Assembly: GCA_964016885.1 (NCBI GenBank)
Contig: OZ024742.1
Span: 350,548,001 to 350,612,000 of the forward strand
Source: Eledone cirrhosa
Lineage: Eukaryota
Direction of reading: 5' to 3'
Length of the DNA stretch: 64,000 nt
Shown: piece by piece, positions 1 through 14,050 of the stretch
How the letters are laid out: each line of letters begins with the position of its first letter
How positions within the stretch are numbered: the stretch's first letter is position 1
The notes under the pieces: model-generated
Told to the model about the DNA's origin: nothing
The model's database searches: none
The model's input: the letters and a program-made list of their open reading frames with translations, nothing else
Made by a program: the position numbers and the translations under genes

Positions 1-528
1 CAGCTGCTATCTACAAAGTATTAATTATGCAGACACGCAATATTTCAATGTTATTTTCAACTACCATTTCATCAGAATAATATCATTGAGAACTTGTTTG
101 GTTTTTATAGAGAATATTAAGAGGGAGGAGTGAAGTTGTTAGAAGAATAGTTAAGGGAGTGGATAGAAATTTTTGATAGCAGTGGGTAATTAGATTCCCA
201 TCTGTTGTTTTGTTAGTTGAGTTTGACATTTTTATAGAATATTCATTATTTGGCGTTGGTTGTATTGGTTATTTTTCTAAATCTATAGAAGGATTAGAGA
301 TAGTAAAGATATGCTTGGTTGGTTTTGTGTTTGCACTTAATTCACATTCAGACTTGAATTTTTCTTTCAAGTGTACGTATCCGTTCGCCCACACATAAAT
401 ATATGTGTATATATACGTATTTAAAAAAAAAACATACACATTCACACACATACATATATGTACACCTCTACAAATACATACACTCACATACACATACTTA
501 CATGTTCATACCTACATACATATATACC

Positions 529-588
<60 letters not shown>

Positions 589-2331
589 CATACGTACATA
601 CATACGCATTCATGTATACACACTTTCATACACTACTTATCTTCATATACACACATATAGACACACACATATAGACACACACATATATACATACATACTC
701 TTGTTCATGTGTATATATATATATATATAAATACACATATACATGAATACACATACATTTAATTATACACATCAAACATATATATATATATATATACACA
801 CTCACCCACTTATTTACTTATTTATATACATTTTCACATATATACATACATGTCGCTTTTAGACACTTTCATTATAGCATATTCGCACCTATACTCACCA
901 GCATATTTATCCATTATTAGTGTGATAATTTAAGGTTATTAATAGTACATATATATGTTGAGAAGAGATTGTTTTTATATTTTTCTAACTAGATTGAGGA
1001 TTTGTATAGTTGGGAGGATGTCCTTCGTTTATGTAATATTCAGCTTGTAGTGGGAAAAAAGGGTTTTAGTTCGGTGACGGCAGAATAATGTTCGTTCAAT
1101 TCTGTTATTAAGCAATTTCTTCTTGTGTGTGATTATGTAATAAATCTCAAGATTACATAATTTGCAGAAATTTTGGATCCTGGAAAAGCTTTGGGTTTTA
1201 GCTAATTTCTCCCATTTTAGGGTAAATTTTTGATCGCTATCCCTGAGCGTCCAAGCTTTTTCTGCTAAAGTTGTTACATTTCTTTGGCTCTCGTGTTTTA
1301 TTGAGTAAGAATGCCTATATAATCGAGATTTAAACGATGTTGCCGTTGATCCCACGTAATACCACTCGTTGCCTCCGGATTCAATGGTACACTTATAGAT
1401 GATATTTTTTTCCAGGCAGTTATTGCCGAGGGGGCAATTGTCAGGATAGGTGCAGTTACAGTTGTGTACGTTGGTTTTGTAGTTAGGTTCACTCTGGAGT
1501 AGTATTGCGGACGAACTTAGGTGTGGTTTATTTATGTTCTGTAGTGTATTGTCTACTGTTTTTTCTGTGCTCTTTGTACTTAAGTTTTTAGTGTTTTCGG
1601 TTAACCTTCTAGTATTAATCTTGTTTATGTGTTGTTCAAGGTTTAACGCTGTAGAGTATGACAGTCTTATAGTGGTAGGGTTTAGGATTTTGTGGTATTT
1701 GTGTGATGTAGGGAAATGTTTCATAATTATTTTAAAGAAGAGTACTGGTAAATTTGTACTAATGGAACTATTGTATTCAGGGTTATACCATAAGTACTCT
1801 TTGCATCGCTTTCTATTAGTTTTGTTTGTTGGTTAATTGGTGTGTACACTATGGTAGTAAGTGTGGTTTGGTGTTGTGTTATTATTTCTACCTATGTGGG
1901 ATTTATTTTGGGTGTTTTTATTGTTTTCATCTATATATTCTATTTTGTCGAGGTAGCCTGCTATACTAAGGGCGTTATCGTAGTACTCGGCGTGTTTCTT
2001 AAATACTTGTATGTTAGAAGATAGACCCGAGATTCTGAGGGAAATATTTTTAGGGATAGATTTAATTATAGAGATGTGGTGGTTAGACCCAACATTCACG
2101 TACTTGAGATTTTCATTCAATTTATGAAACGGTTTAATCAGACCAGAGTTTAAATTGAGTGTGACATCCAGGAAGTTAACTACTTTAAGGTTGTGTTCAT
2201 ATGTTATAGTTAGTCCTATTTCAAGTAATAGTTTTCTTATATCTTTGCGTAGTTTTTCTAGTTTTGGGTTATTTAGGTTTTTAACTAGGAGGAGAGCATC
2301 GTCGCGGTATATTCCACCGTGGAGATTACTG
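1..2331 (-). mobile_element. 5'-truncated Penelope-like retroelement (family A), runs off the left window edge
   Basis: RT C-terminus plus GIY-YIG on the minus strand, long 3' UTR containing microsatellites; 5' end abuts (TA)n at ~2332; possible HHR core (CTGATGA..AATG/CATT..GAAA) at ~18-82 minus. Confidence 0.85.
1029..2330 (-). pseudogene. PLE RT C-terminus and GIY-YIG endonuclease with one in-frame TAA at 1833-1835
   Basis: GGIYRDDALL, VVNFLDVTLNL, YVNVGSNH, WYNPEYN, CNC..CPL.NNCL..NIIYKC, YYVGST, CKLCNLE, FCRH; ORFs 1833-2120 and 1029-1724 share a frame. Confidence 0.9.
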
Positions 2332-2332
2332 A

Positions 2333-2359
<27 letters not shown>

Positions 2360-2363
<4 letters not shown>

Positions 2364-4266
2364 ATTAAATAAATGGAAACTATATTTATAAAACCATATT
2401 TATTTCATTATATATATTTCAGGGATATCATATTAACAATATGCTATGCCTTCCTCAGACAAAATACAATATAAACAGTTTTATAGATAAATAGATTCGA
2501 CATACCGTAACATCTACTTGCATTTGAGAAGGTTGATTTGGTAGTGACAAAATTGTACACAAAGAGAAAGAAAGAGAGAGAGAAAGAGAGAAAAAGAGAG
2601 AAAAAAAGGGAAAGAAAGACAGAAAACGAAGAAAAAGAAAAAGAAAAAGAAAAAGAAAAAGAAAAAGAAAAAGAAGAAATGCATGGAACAAAATAGAGAG
2701 ATGGAAAGATAGATAAAGAGAAGAACTTCATGTAAAGAAACAGAAAGAGATACATATATATATATATAGAGGAAATAGAGATAGATAGATATATATAGAA
2801 AGCTAGGTAGTGGGACGACTGTTGAATAACGTATCAATGATACATTTATTTATTTATTTATTTATTTAGCTCTAGTATTAATGTAAGGGAGATATATGGA
2901 GGGAAAACCAGCTGTTATATAGGGAGAGAAAAAATATATAGAGAGAAAAAAGAGACTCTGATGTTTATAATGAACTTGGCAATATATTGTCAATTAATTT
3001 TGAAGGGTTGATCTTTTGTGGTTTATTTTATTTTTATTATTGTAGTATTTCCTAATTTTTATTTTTAATATTCTTAATATGTAAATTTTTTAATATGTAA
3101 TATTTTTAATATGTAATATTCTTTCGTAATATTTCTTAGTTTTCTATTTTGTTATTACTTATTATTATTATTGTTATTTTTAGTTTTGTTTCCGATATAT
3201 TTTTATTTTTATTTTTATTAGTATATTGAAATCTGCTCTATCTTTGCTTGATAGACTGAAATAGTAATATTGACTCTATATACACATATATGTATACTTA
3301 AATTTTTATACCACATTGAGAATACTTTCCGTGAACTTAAGGTTTGCAGAATTGATCATGTACATTCACATAGATGTTTGTAATTATCACATAAACATAT
3401 GAATTTTTTAAAAAACTAAACATAAGATCATTAATTTTCACACATTGTTGATAAATATCTCATTCAGGAATACTGATATTTACAATGTAGAGGCTGGTTT
3501 TGTAAATACTAATACCTCTATATTAAAACAGAGGTGTTTTACGCCTCGCCTGTGTCTGGATATTTTTGAATTTTTTCTCTCTCTTTTTTCTCTCTCTATA
3601 TTTTTTCTCTCCCTATATAACAGCTGGTTTTCCCTCCATATATCTCCCTTACATTAATACTATAGCTAAATAAATAAATAAATAAATAAATGTATCATTG
3701 ATACGTTATTCAACAGTCGTCGCACTACCTAGCTTTCTATATATATCTATCTATCTCTATTTCCTCTCTCTATATATATATGTATCTCTTTCTGTTTCTT
3801 TACATGAAGTTCTTCTCTTTATCTATCTTTCCATCTCTCTATTTTGTTCCATGCATTTCTTCTTTTTCTTTTTCTTTTTCTTTTTCTTTTTCTTTTTCTT
3901 TTTCTTTTTCTTCGTTTTCTGTCTTTCTTTCCCTTTTTTTCTCTCTTTTCTCTCTTTCTCTCTCTCTTTCTTTCTCTTTGTGTACAATTTTGTCACTACC
4001 AAATCAACCTTCTCAAATGCAAGTAGATGTTACGGTATGTCGAATCTATTTATCTATAAAACTGTTTATATTGTATTTTGTCTGAGGAAGGCATAGCATA
4101 TTGTTAATATGATATCCCTGAAATATATATAATGAAATAAATATGGTTTTATAAATATAGTTTCCATTTATTTAATATTGTAAATATACTCCAAATATTT
4201 GTCGAGTGCTTTTATATCAGTTATAAATATTTACTAGTTGTAACCCAACAATTTAAATATAACTTT

Positions 4267-4268
<2 letters not shown>
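2360..4268 (+). mobile_element. PLE 3' fragment with inverted pseudo-LTR (arms ~2360-2955 and ~3570-4182) plus ~85 nt tail, in (TA)n
   Basis: Arms are near-identical reverse complements (mirror ORFs 2444-2837 vs 3698-4096); HHR in each arm; weak GIY-YIG-like remnant (HIENT..NLRFAE..VEAGFV) in the spacer. Confidence 0.8.
4074..4139 (+). ncRNA. Minimal type I hammerhead ribozyme (mirror copy at 2401-2466 minus)
   Basis: Stem I TATTTTGT/ATGAAATA; core CTGAGGA; stem II AGG..CATATT-GTT-AATATG..CCT; GAAA; palindromic TATATA; cleavage triplet AUA. Confidence 0.75.
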
Positions 4269-4346
<78 letters not shown>

Positions 4347-4744
4347 TCAAGCGTCGACCTAATACTAACACTTTGTACTGCTCTCTTCGCGTTGTTATTG
4401 TTTTTAGTTCTGTTTTAAGTATAATATATATATATATACGCACACACAAACACCAGTTCGTTAACGATATGGAAGAGGTTACCTAAGCACGCTGTAGACA
4501 ATGTGAGGGAAGTATGTAGTTTCTCAAGCAATCGTTTGGCAATTTCCCGGTTTAGAAGTTCGACTAAATGAAGCCACCATAGATATTATATTTGCTGCAC
4601 AACACTTGCAGTTAATTCAATATTATAGGAATATAAAAGGAAATATTTTAAAAATAATTTAATTGAAATGTTGTTTACTTCTCTACTTCAGAAATTGAGG
4701 AAGACACAATTTGACCAGAAATATAATGCTCTCACATGCTAACT

Positions 4745-5118
<374 letters not shown>

Positions 5119-5437
5119 ACTTCTAACGTTTACTGTTTTTTCCCCTCAGTTTCTGATTTATACTGTCTAGACATTATTTTTAATTATATATGGCATAATT
5201 AATAGTCTGCCAGTCACTGAGCTACGATTAATTCTGTTACATTTCATGTCACAATAATATGCATGCAAAATAGTTTTTAATTCAAATCTTTACAGACTGT
5301 TGTGAATACAAGAAGGATTTGAAGAAGTCGATAAATATTTGAATAGATACTGAAATAATTAGATATATAAACACTGCTAAACAAAGTTCTCATAGAAATA
5401 CCTTATGGAATTTATACACGACATGGACTGTTAGATA

Positions 5438-6026
5438 ATGGTGGTGGTGTGGTGGTGGTGTGGTGGTGGTGTGGTGGTGGTGTGGTGGTGGTGTGGTGGT
5501 GGTGTGGTGGTGGTGTGGTGGTGGTGATAGTGGTGAAGGTGGTGGTGGTGGTTGTGGTGGTAGTGATGGTGGTGGTGGTGGTGGTGGTGGTAGTGGTGGT
5601 TGTTGTGTGGTGGGGGTGATAGTGGTGAAGGTGGTGGTGGTGGTGGTGGTGATGGTAGTGGTGGTGATGGTGGTGGTGGTAGTGGTAGTGGTGGTGATGG
5701 TGGTGGTGTGGTGGTGGTGTGGTGGTGGTGATAGTGGTGAAGGTGGTGGTGGTCGTGGTGGTGATGTGGTGGTGGTCGTGGTGGTCGTGATGGTAGTGGT
5801 GGTGATGGTGGTGGTCTGGTGGTGGCGGTAGTGATGGTGGTAGTGGTGGTGGTGGTGGTGGTGGTGGTGTGGTGAAGGTGGTGGTGATGGTGATGGAGGT
5901 GGTGGTGGCGATGGTGGTGGTGATGGTGGTGGAGATAGTGGTGATAGTGGTGAATGTGGTAGTGGTGGTGGTGGTGGTGATGGTGATACTAGTTGTGGTG
6001 ATGGTGGTAGTGGTGGTGGTGGTGGT
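5438..6026. repeat. Degenerate (GGT)n microsatellite
   Basis: Direct inspection; explains the Val/Gly/Trp ORF 5460-5831. Confidence 0.95.
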
Positions 6027-6323
6027 GCCGGAGGTGTTGGGATATTGAATTCTTTATATTAATAAAATATTGATGAATTCTATAAACATGTAGAGTGTCT
6101 ATGTTTGAAGATACAATCACACACATACCTGTAGATACACACATGCATACATTAACATATACATAAGTGTGTGTGTGTATGTATGTATATATATATGTGT
6201 ATATATATATATATGTATTCATATAAGTATATATATGTGTATCCATATAAATATATATATGTATATAGATATACATATATATAATAAAGAAGAAATTAAA
6301 AGATGGTTAAAAGAGTTCCATAT

Positions 6324-6392
6324 GTTTTATTATGCGCATTTCGAATACAAAATCATCCTGGGACAAACATTGTGTTCTCATCAGATAAAATA
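6324..6392 (-). ncRNA. Minimal type I hammerhead ribozyme in a PLE pseudo-LTR fragment (~6285-6470)
   Basis: Minus strand: TTTTAT-CTGATGA-GAACACAA..TTGTATTC-GAAA-TGCGCA-TA-ATAAAA; homologous copy at 22514-22584. Confidence 0.75.
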
Positions 6393-6597
6393 AGGTAAGA
6401 TGATATGAGGCATAATAGCACTTGTTTACAGGAAAGTGGAAAGTCTACATATGACAGAAATATAAGTATTAATATTATAGTAAGAAATAGATAGCAAAAA
6501 AAATAAAAACACCTACATTTCTGTCATATGTAGACTTAAGGAGGGTCATATTGTTGTTATAATATTGCCAGAAATAATAACAGAACACACTCAATAT

Positions 6598-6636
<39 letters not shown>

Positions 6637-6655
6637 ATTTATATATATATATATA

Positions 6656-6705
<50 letters not shown>

Positions 6706-6795
6706 CAAACGTGTTGTACAAAACAACACATACAGACACATATTTTGACAGTGGCATGCCTATAATTATGGATACGACTCGCAGGCTGGCAGACC

Positions 6796-6834
<39 letters not shown>

Positions 6835-7125
6835 GAACAGTCATATTAAGGCATACAGATTAAGCATATATCGGTTCTTCCACCAAAGAAACAGAAACTT
6901 TGCTCAACGAGAGAGCCTATACTAAGGCACTCAACTTGCTGGAATAGTTGCAAAATTTACCTCAATTGATATACCACAGCCTTAACAAATGCAGAGAGCC
7001 TGTACTAAGTCATTCAACCGACTGGAATATCTGCCAAATCTACATCAACCCATACATTGTTGCTTTAAAAAATGTGTCAGGTTCATTGAAAAATATATTT
7101 AATTGTGTCTGAATAACGCGCGCGC

Positions 7126-7322
7126 TGGATTGGCAGATCGGTAGAGTGTCGGACAGCATGATTTGTTACATATATTCTCATCCCTCTACGTTCTGAGTTC
7201 AAATCCCGTCGAGGTTACCTTTGCTAATCGATAAATTAAAGTACCAATAACACATTTGGGTCGATTTAATCAACATTCCTCCGTCACCCAGAAATTGTGG
7301 CACTGTGCCTAAAACAGGAACC
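7126..7322 (+). mobile_element. tRNA-derived SINE, family S1
   Basis: A-box-like TGGCAG..CGGTAGAG, B-box GAGTTCAAATCC, body shared with eight other copies in the window. Confidence 0.8.
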
Positions 7323-7427
7323 ATCGACAGTCGATCGACTTTCGTCAAATCGAACCGAGGAAACAATGTTACCATTGGTCTTTCTAATTGCTAATATTAT
7401 CTATCGGTCGCAACTCCAAGTAGAAGG

Positions 7428-7545
7428 AGCAACGTGAAATAAAGTGTCTTGCTCAAGGAAATAACGCATCGCCCGGTCTGGGAATCGAACTCACAACCTC
7501 GCGATTGCGAATCTAATTCGCTAACTACTTAGCCATTCGCCTTCC
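7428..7545 (-). mobile_element. tRNA-derived SINE, family S2 (5' part)
   Basis: Minus strand TGGCTAAGTAGTTAG A-box, GAGTTCGATTCC B-box, CTTGAGCAAGACACTTTATTTCACGTTGCT shared with the 32.1 and 33.0 kb copies. Confidence 0.75.
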
Positions 7546-7699
7546 ACATAGAACCATTATGTCTGAATAAAGTATAGGAGTGTTATAGCTGTAAGGTCTC
7601 TTATGAAATGTCTTCTTCTTAACTCTGTTGCAAACATTTCAGTGAGTTATATGAGGCATATATTGAAAATTGAGATCAAATTTGCCCATAAATATCTCG

Positions 7700-7850
7700 T
7701 CAGAAACCCGCTTCTAAACCACCCGGCTATGACCTTCCCCAAAAGAAACGGCTGTGCCTTAATTGGATCTGCACAACACATACCAAGACAAACCATCATC
7801 GATGGAAAATGAAAGAGAAGCCAGGATGTGAATGTAGGGACATTGACCAA
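7700..7850 (+). pseudogene. Old LINE ORF2 C-terminal remnant (Ingi/Vingi/I-like)
   Basis: Reads KPPGYDLPQKKRLCLNWICTTH..RWKMKEKPGCECRDIDQ, resembling the PPGFDLPR..LNR.RT..W....P.C.CG..Q terminus. Confidence 0.5.
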
Positions 7851-8551
7851 GCAGTGCTGTTGTTCGGGACCGCCCCCGGCGACCTAGAAGCAATCCATAG
7901 TGCTGCAATGCCACCGTCATCTCGCACACCAGTCTCCATCTAACTATTGTGTATACAAGAAGCTGGCTCTTCCAGCGCATCTCCCTTACCATCATCCTGG
8001 GAAACCCCTTCTCCATTCTGTCCGCCGGGGTTGTGGGGAGGTCATCAATATGATTACTTAACTCTTTTTATTTAGTCATGGGTCATGGTTATAGTGTTAT
8101 TGTTGTTCAGAGAGTATTTCATACTTGCTATAGCAAGTAATTACAACAAATGTACACACACACACACACACATGAGATATTATACAGTCTACATGATAAA
8201 TTCCCCTCCCTTGCACCTGTCTTGTAAACAGTAAAGTGTTACACGTTTGGTCCTCTCCATTTACCGAACAGGTAAAACGTCTGTCATAGATACATGTACA
8301 TATATGTATACGATGCTAGAGCTGTGAAATATTGCATGCATTAATTTCAACTCCTTTTATTAATAACTACATTGTTTCTTTCCAGGGACTATGTTGAAAA
8401 TGAAACCGCTTTTGGTCATTCCATGTGAGTATCATGGTCAGCCTATGACCATATTTAGCCTTCTCTCATATAAACATACCAATGGACATGTACATAGCTT
8501 TAAACATGTATACATAGAAATACGCATATGAACAAATAAATATGTATACGT

Positions 8552-8647
<96 letters not shown>

Positions 8648-8656
8648 TTGTATATA

Positions 8657-9444
8657 TCTATATCTATATATATAAAACAGAGGATGCCTGTGTGTCTTTT
8701 TCCCTAAAGCTCGAGAAGTACCCAACCGGTTTTTTTTAAACTTTATACATGTAACTCGTATGACCCCGGAAGTGTTTTGAGCAAAAATTTCAAATTTTCA
8801 ATGCCCTAGGGACCGCATTAGGCGATTTAGCGATATCTTACTCTTTCTCTTAGTCTTTCTCTTTTTAGATAGATACATAGATATGACGTCGCGTCTTCAT
8901 AATATCTGTCTGTATGCCTGACTGTCTGCATTACGTCATTATGACGCGATCAGTGTGTGTGTGTATATATATTCTTATGCCAGGGAACGTCTTCACGAAC
9001 CAAAGTATCGTCTTCCTGTTTTCCAAATTGATTTTTTTAGCTTAAGAAGATCCCGTTAAGGTTGAAAGCAGCGATTCTTTGCTTAAACATTAATATGTTA
9101 TTTTAATATAGAAATTCGTGTACAGATATTTTTGCATACACAAAAACAAAATATAAACAAACAAGGCCAAAGATTACATCAATTAGTCTTAGTGTTTGTA
9201 CTTCATACTGCTTTTAGGTAGAATATCCCGTTAAGGGTGAAAGCAGTGATTTTTTGCTTAAACTTTAGTCTGTTATTTTAATATATATATATATAATTAT
9301 ATATTTATGGACAGATATTTTTGCATACACAATAACAAAATATAAACAAACGTATTTATTTCACGAGGTTCGATAAGGATAAATATATATCAAATATATA
9401 AGAACCCTATAGCAAATCCCGAGCAACGCCGGGCCATTCTGCTA

Positions 9445-9445
<1 letters not shown>
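8657..9445 (+). mobile_element. Non-autonomous Helitron
   Basis: 5' TC-TATA start, 3' hairpin CCCG..CGGG then CTAG|T, inserted in an AT run, internal direct duplication; related copy at 53700-54511. Confidence 0.75.
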
Positions 9446-9484
<39 letters not shown>

Positions 9485-9488
<4 letters not shown>

Positions 9489-9920
9489 CAAGAAATAAGA
9501 GTAACATGGTTGGTTGTACAATCAGGGCTTTATTCACAGTGCTGACAATTGTTTCTTTGATCTGGTAGCGAGCGAATTAACATTCGCTCGCTTTAATGAA
9601 TTAACTGGTTATAAAAAAAGTATTGGAGATCGATTGACGCAACATCTAGCTATTAGCGAACTCTAGTCCTACCAGATGAAAGAAATAATTGTCAGCACTG
9701 TGAATAAAGCCCTTATTGTACAGCAAACCATGTTACTCTTATTTCTTGAATTAGTATTACTCCAAGTATAACCTACATATAAATCACCGTGTACTCGCTG
9801 CATCACTATGGAAGCGTCTTGTTGAGTCAAACTAAGCCATACGTTAAAACCATCCACAACACGGAGTACTCTAACTATACTACCTCTAAGTGGATTACCT
9901 ATAACGATAACTTGTATCCC
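9485..9920 (+). mobile_element. Fold-back PLE pseudo-LTR fragment (arms ~9485-9567 and ~9670-9753) with tail and degenerate HHR
   Basis: Inverted arms; GAAA(C/T)AATTGTC-AGC palindromic HHR 3' half; eroded core TTAATGA at 9593-9599. Confidence 0.6.
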
Positions 9921-9930
9921 GTATATATAT

Positions 9931-10001
<71 letters not shown>

Positions 10002-10006
10002 AGAGA

Positions 10007-10079
<73 letters not shown>

Positions 10080-11000
10080 TAAAAAAGGACGATTGATTAT
10101 TCCTTCATTGCATTTATTGATAGGTGACGCGCGTTTCGCCACTGATCAGCTCAAGGTTCGATCTATATCGATCCTACCCGACTCAATAATCGGCAGCTCG
10201 ACGGACCCTCTTAAAATGCTATAAGAAAATGAAATACATGCTATGTGGTAAAGTCAGAGTTTCAAGAGTTTGACAAAATGAGATGTTTTGATTGGTGAGA
10301 AAGATCAAGGCGATGTACTGGCCTGTAGTGTATATGAGATGTTGGTGACGGTCTGTGGATGAGGTGGGCTGTGGTGTAGTGGTGGTGGGTTGGCTTTGGC
10401 GTGTAGAGTATGTGGGGGTGGATGTGATGATATGGTGGTGGTTAAGGTTATTTAGTGGGATGAGCTGTGGTATGAGGTTAGTAGATTGTCAGTAGACGGG
10501 TTGGCGTGTGGGTGGGGGTGTGGTAGTGGTGCCTTTGTCTATGGTAGCGGCGTTTGTGGTGGTGTGGTGGATGTATTGGTGGCGTCAGGTCCTTACATAG
10601 ATACATAGTTAGACGCTCTTCGTCTGACAGATACCTTGTATATACGTATACGTTCACACATATATGTATATATGTGCACATATATCGTTGTATAAACACA
10701 CACAACATAAAACACATACGCACATCCTTGCCCACACATATCGGCATACGCTCACACACAGCCATATGTATATGTACACACATGTATGTGCATGCGCGCA
10801 TGCGGTCACGAATATGGAGAGTGGGGGGGGGGGTATCGGTGGGGGTGGCGAACGACAGAGATGGGGGAAAGGTGAGAGGCGATGTAGAGGGTGTTTTACA
10901 TATATACATACACATACATACACATGGGAAGGGGCACATGGGCTCACACTCATGTATGCAAGATATACACATACACACTTGCACACACGTATACTCACAC

Positions 11001-11035
<35 letters not shown>

Positions 11036-12331
11036 CACACACATGTAACGACAACACACACATACGCGCACATATACACATACATGCACATATATGAGCT
11101 CACCTACACATACAATCAGATTTACCCATACACATATATGCAGACGTACACATACACACACATACATACACATACATATATACACACACATACACATATG
11201 CATACACACACACATACATATATATACAGATATATATATACATATATATATATATACACACACATAGACATATGCATACACATGTGTTCACATGCAGACA
11301 CACACACACATAGAGATAAATTTGCGTACACGCACGCACACTTAAAACGCCCGTATGAGTAAAATACTTACACACAGACACACACACTATTGTTGGTTGG
11401 GGAGTGGAGGTATGTTTTGTCGGTGTTGATGAAGTATGGAGTTGTGTTTTGTGGTGGTGGTGGTGGAGTTGTGAGGGACAAAAATATATATACCGGATCG
11501 AATACCGGTTGAAAGGTGACATAGGAAACGCGGGGGGAAAGCGTTTATGGACGTACGGCGATGTGTGTTGTGGACATGGTGATGGTGGTGGTGCTGGGGT
11601 GATTACATGATCAGAGGTTACGGTGTGTTATATGGTAGGCAGACGGGGGGTGGGGGTATATAATACAGTCGATTTGGGAGCGAGGGATGATATGTGTTGA
11701 TGATGTAATGATAATGGTTGTTGAAGTATGTGGATGTATTTAGTGGTGGCGGTGGTTGTGTGTGGGTGAGACAGTACAGTTACAGAGTCGTATTTAGCGT
11801 GGGGTTGCAGGTTAGGGTAGATAGAGGGAACATGGGGGGATGAGGTTGTAGGCGTGTATGGTATGCACATGACGATGTGTGGTGTGGTGGTGGTGGCGAT
11901 GGTGTAATATGGTCGACATTGTATTTACAAGGTCCCTTGTCATTGTGGATTGCAAGGTAGAACGTATCATATGGTACCGATTTAATACGATGTTGCAACT
12001 ATGAGGTGTGTATGTTGATGTGAATTTTGGTGGTGGTGATGGTGATGTGTGCGGCATGATATACAAATGGGGGCTTAGAGATGGTAACATGGAGTACAAT
12101 ACAATAAGTTCATTGAGGTGGGCGATGTTGAGACGGGGTATAGGTGGTTATTAATATGGTGTGTCATGGTTAGTGTGATTTTTGGTGTGGGTTATGTATG
12201 CGGCATGATATACAAAATACGGGCTTACATATGGTTAAATTCAATGAAATGAAATAAGATAAAGTGAAATTAGATTAGAATTAAAGTTCGTTGAGATGGG
12301 CGATGGTGATACGGGGCAGGTGTGGTTATTA

Positions 12332-14050
12332 TTATGGTGGGTCATGGTTAGTGCGTTGTCTTCCCGCGAAAGTTTGTGCAGAAAAGGTGTGCATCCTAGT
12401 GTGTCTGCAATTGACAATTATGTCCGACCTATAGTTTATGGCGGAATCAAGTTTAATTATTTCCGCCGCCTCAGCTAGGCACAATCTGCAGTGGTTTCTG
12501 TCACTGGGGATGTATGCCACACGTCTTTTTACTGACCACGAGATCCGGGGTTCAATATTCCTGTCCTTGAGGTCCCAGATCAGATCGGCCAGTTTTGTTT
12601 GGGGTCGTTTCGATCTATGTTTGAAGGAGCTTCTGTGGTTATACCAGCGCTCCTTAAACGTAGTGGATGTCGCACCTATATATGAGTACTCCTTATTGCC
12701 GGCAGTGACATCGCACCGGTAAACAATATTCTTAACGAGGCACTCCCCGTTTAGTGGGCATTCGTCTCGTTTTTTGCAGTTGCATTTGGGAGTAACCGGT
12801 GCGGTGCAACGTTGGCGGTTGGTGTCGTGCGGTGTTGGTGTGGTGTGTGTGTTGTTGTGTTGTGTGTGTGGTTTCGTTCTGGGTTGTGGTGGTGGTTTGT
12901 TGGGGGGAAACCATGTGTTTTCGTATTTTTGCCCTATTATTGTGTGCTATTGTGTGGCCAAGGTTTGGTGCTGTGGAGAAAGAGAATTTTACTGTGTGTT
13001 TATTGAAGAGCTTGTGGTATTTGTGTGTGTGTGGAAAAGATTGTTCGAGGGCCCTGAAAAAGGTTCCCGGTATGTTAGTGGCGACGTGTATAGAATGGGG
13101 GGGGGTTATACCACGTGACAGGTCTACTTCGGTTTATGCGTTGTTTAGTGAGTTTGTGTGTGTTTTGGTCAGGCGTCTGTTTCAAATAGGTTCCAGGTAA
13201 TCTATTGGCGTTATGTTCCTTGTCTCTATTGGTACGCAAACGTGTGCGATAGTCGGAGTTGTTATTGGGGCTGGAGAGTATGGCTTTATCTCCTAGACAG
13301 GTATGTGTGGTGCTGTCTAGGCTGCCGGCTAGGGGGCGTCTAAGGTTATTGTGTGTCCTATGTGTGGAGGTTTCTTCTAAGTTCGTTTCTAAGGGTCCTG
13401 CTATGTTTAGCTGTGTTGCGGTTCTATTAGGGTTGATGTAAGAAATCTTCTCAGTATAACCAGCGTTTATAAGTGCGGAGTCATAGTATTCCGCGTGCTG
13501 CTTGAAGATGTTTTCGTTGGCCGACAGTGTGGACACTCTGTTGGAGACACTTTTAACTATAGAGTTAATTATGCTCTTAGGGTGGTTGGAGTGTCTATTG
13601 ACGTATCTAAGATTTTCATTAGGTTTGTGGTATGGACGGTAGAGGCCTGAGTCTAATTCTAGGGTGACGTCTAAGAAGTTAACTGTCCTATTGTTGGGTT
13701 CAATTTCTACTGCTAAACCTTGGATCTTAAAGATGTACCTAAGTCGTTTGTGTATTCTATTCAGTTGGCCGTTATTGAGTCCACGGGTCATTAGTAGGGC
13801 ATCATTCCGGTATAAGCCACCGCCCAAGGAGGGGGTCTCGTCCGTTAATATGTTTAGGAGGAATATGCCTACTACATCTGTAATCTGTGCCGAGTCAGTC
13901 GATCCCATGGTGATGTCGAAGCTATCTGGTCTATTCTGTCGTTCCAAAAGTCTACCGACGAATTCTAGTAAAGTTTTCCTAGCTGTTATTATTATGTCTA
14001 CTTCTCTTCTAGTGAGGCTTGATCTGTTCATGGCTGAGATCAGTGCCTCT
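12332..14050 (-). pseudogene. PLE RT (partial) and GIY-YIG, frameshifted near 13.1 kb; catalytic YRDD mutated to YRND
   Basis: FDITMGSTDSAQITDVVGIFLL, GGLYRNDAL, VNFLDVTLEL, YVNRHSNHP, TWYNPPF, CNC..CPLNGECLVKNIVYRC, YIGAT, CRLCLAE, NCRH. Confidence 0.9.

Noticed and set aside
1833-1835. In-frame stops in PLE ORFs as selenocysteine or readthrough recoding (as in Naiad PLEs)
   Set aside because: This stop is TAA; the TGA at 55571 corresponds to AGA (Arg) in the other arm; the endonuclease here is C-terminal, not Naiad-type.
5460-5831. Gly/Val-rich structural protein
   Set aside because: Degenerate (GGT)n microsatellite without splice or codon evidence.
7126-7215. tRNA genes at A/B-box motifs
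   Set aside because: No cloverleaf; the motifs are heads of multi-copy SINEs.
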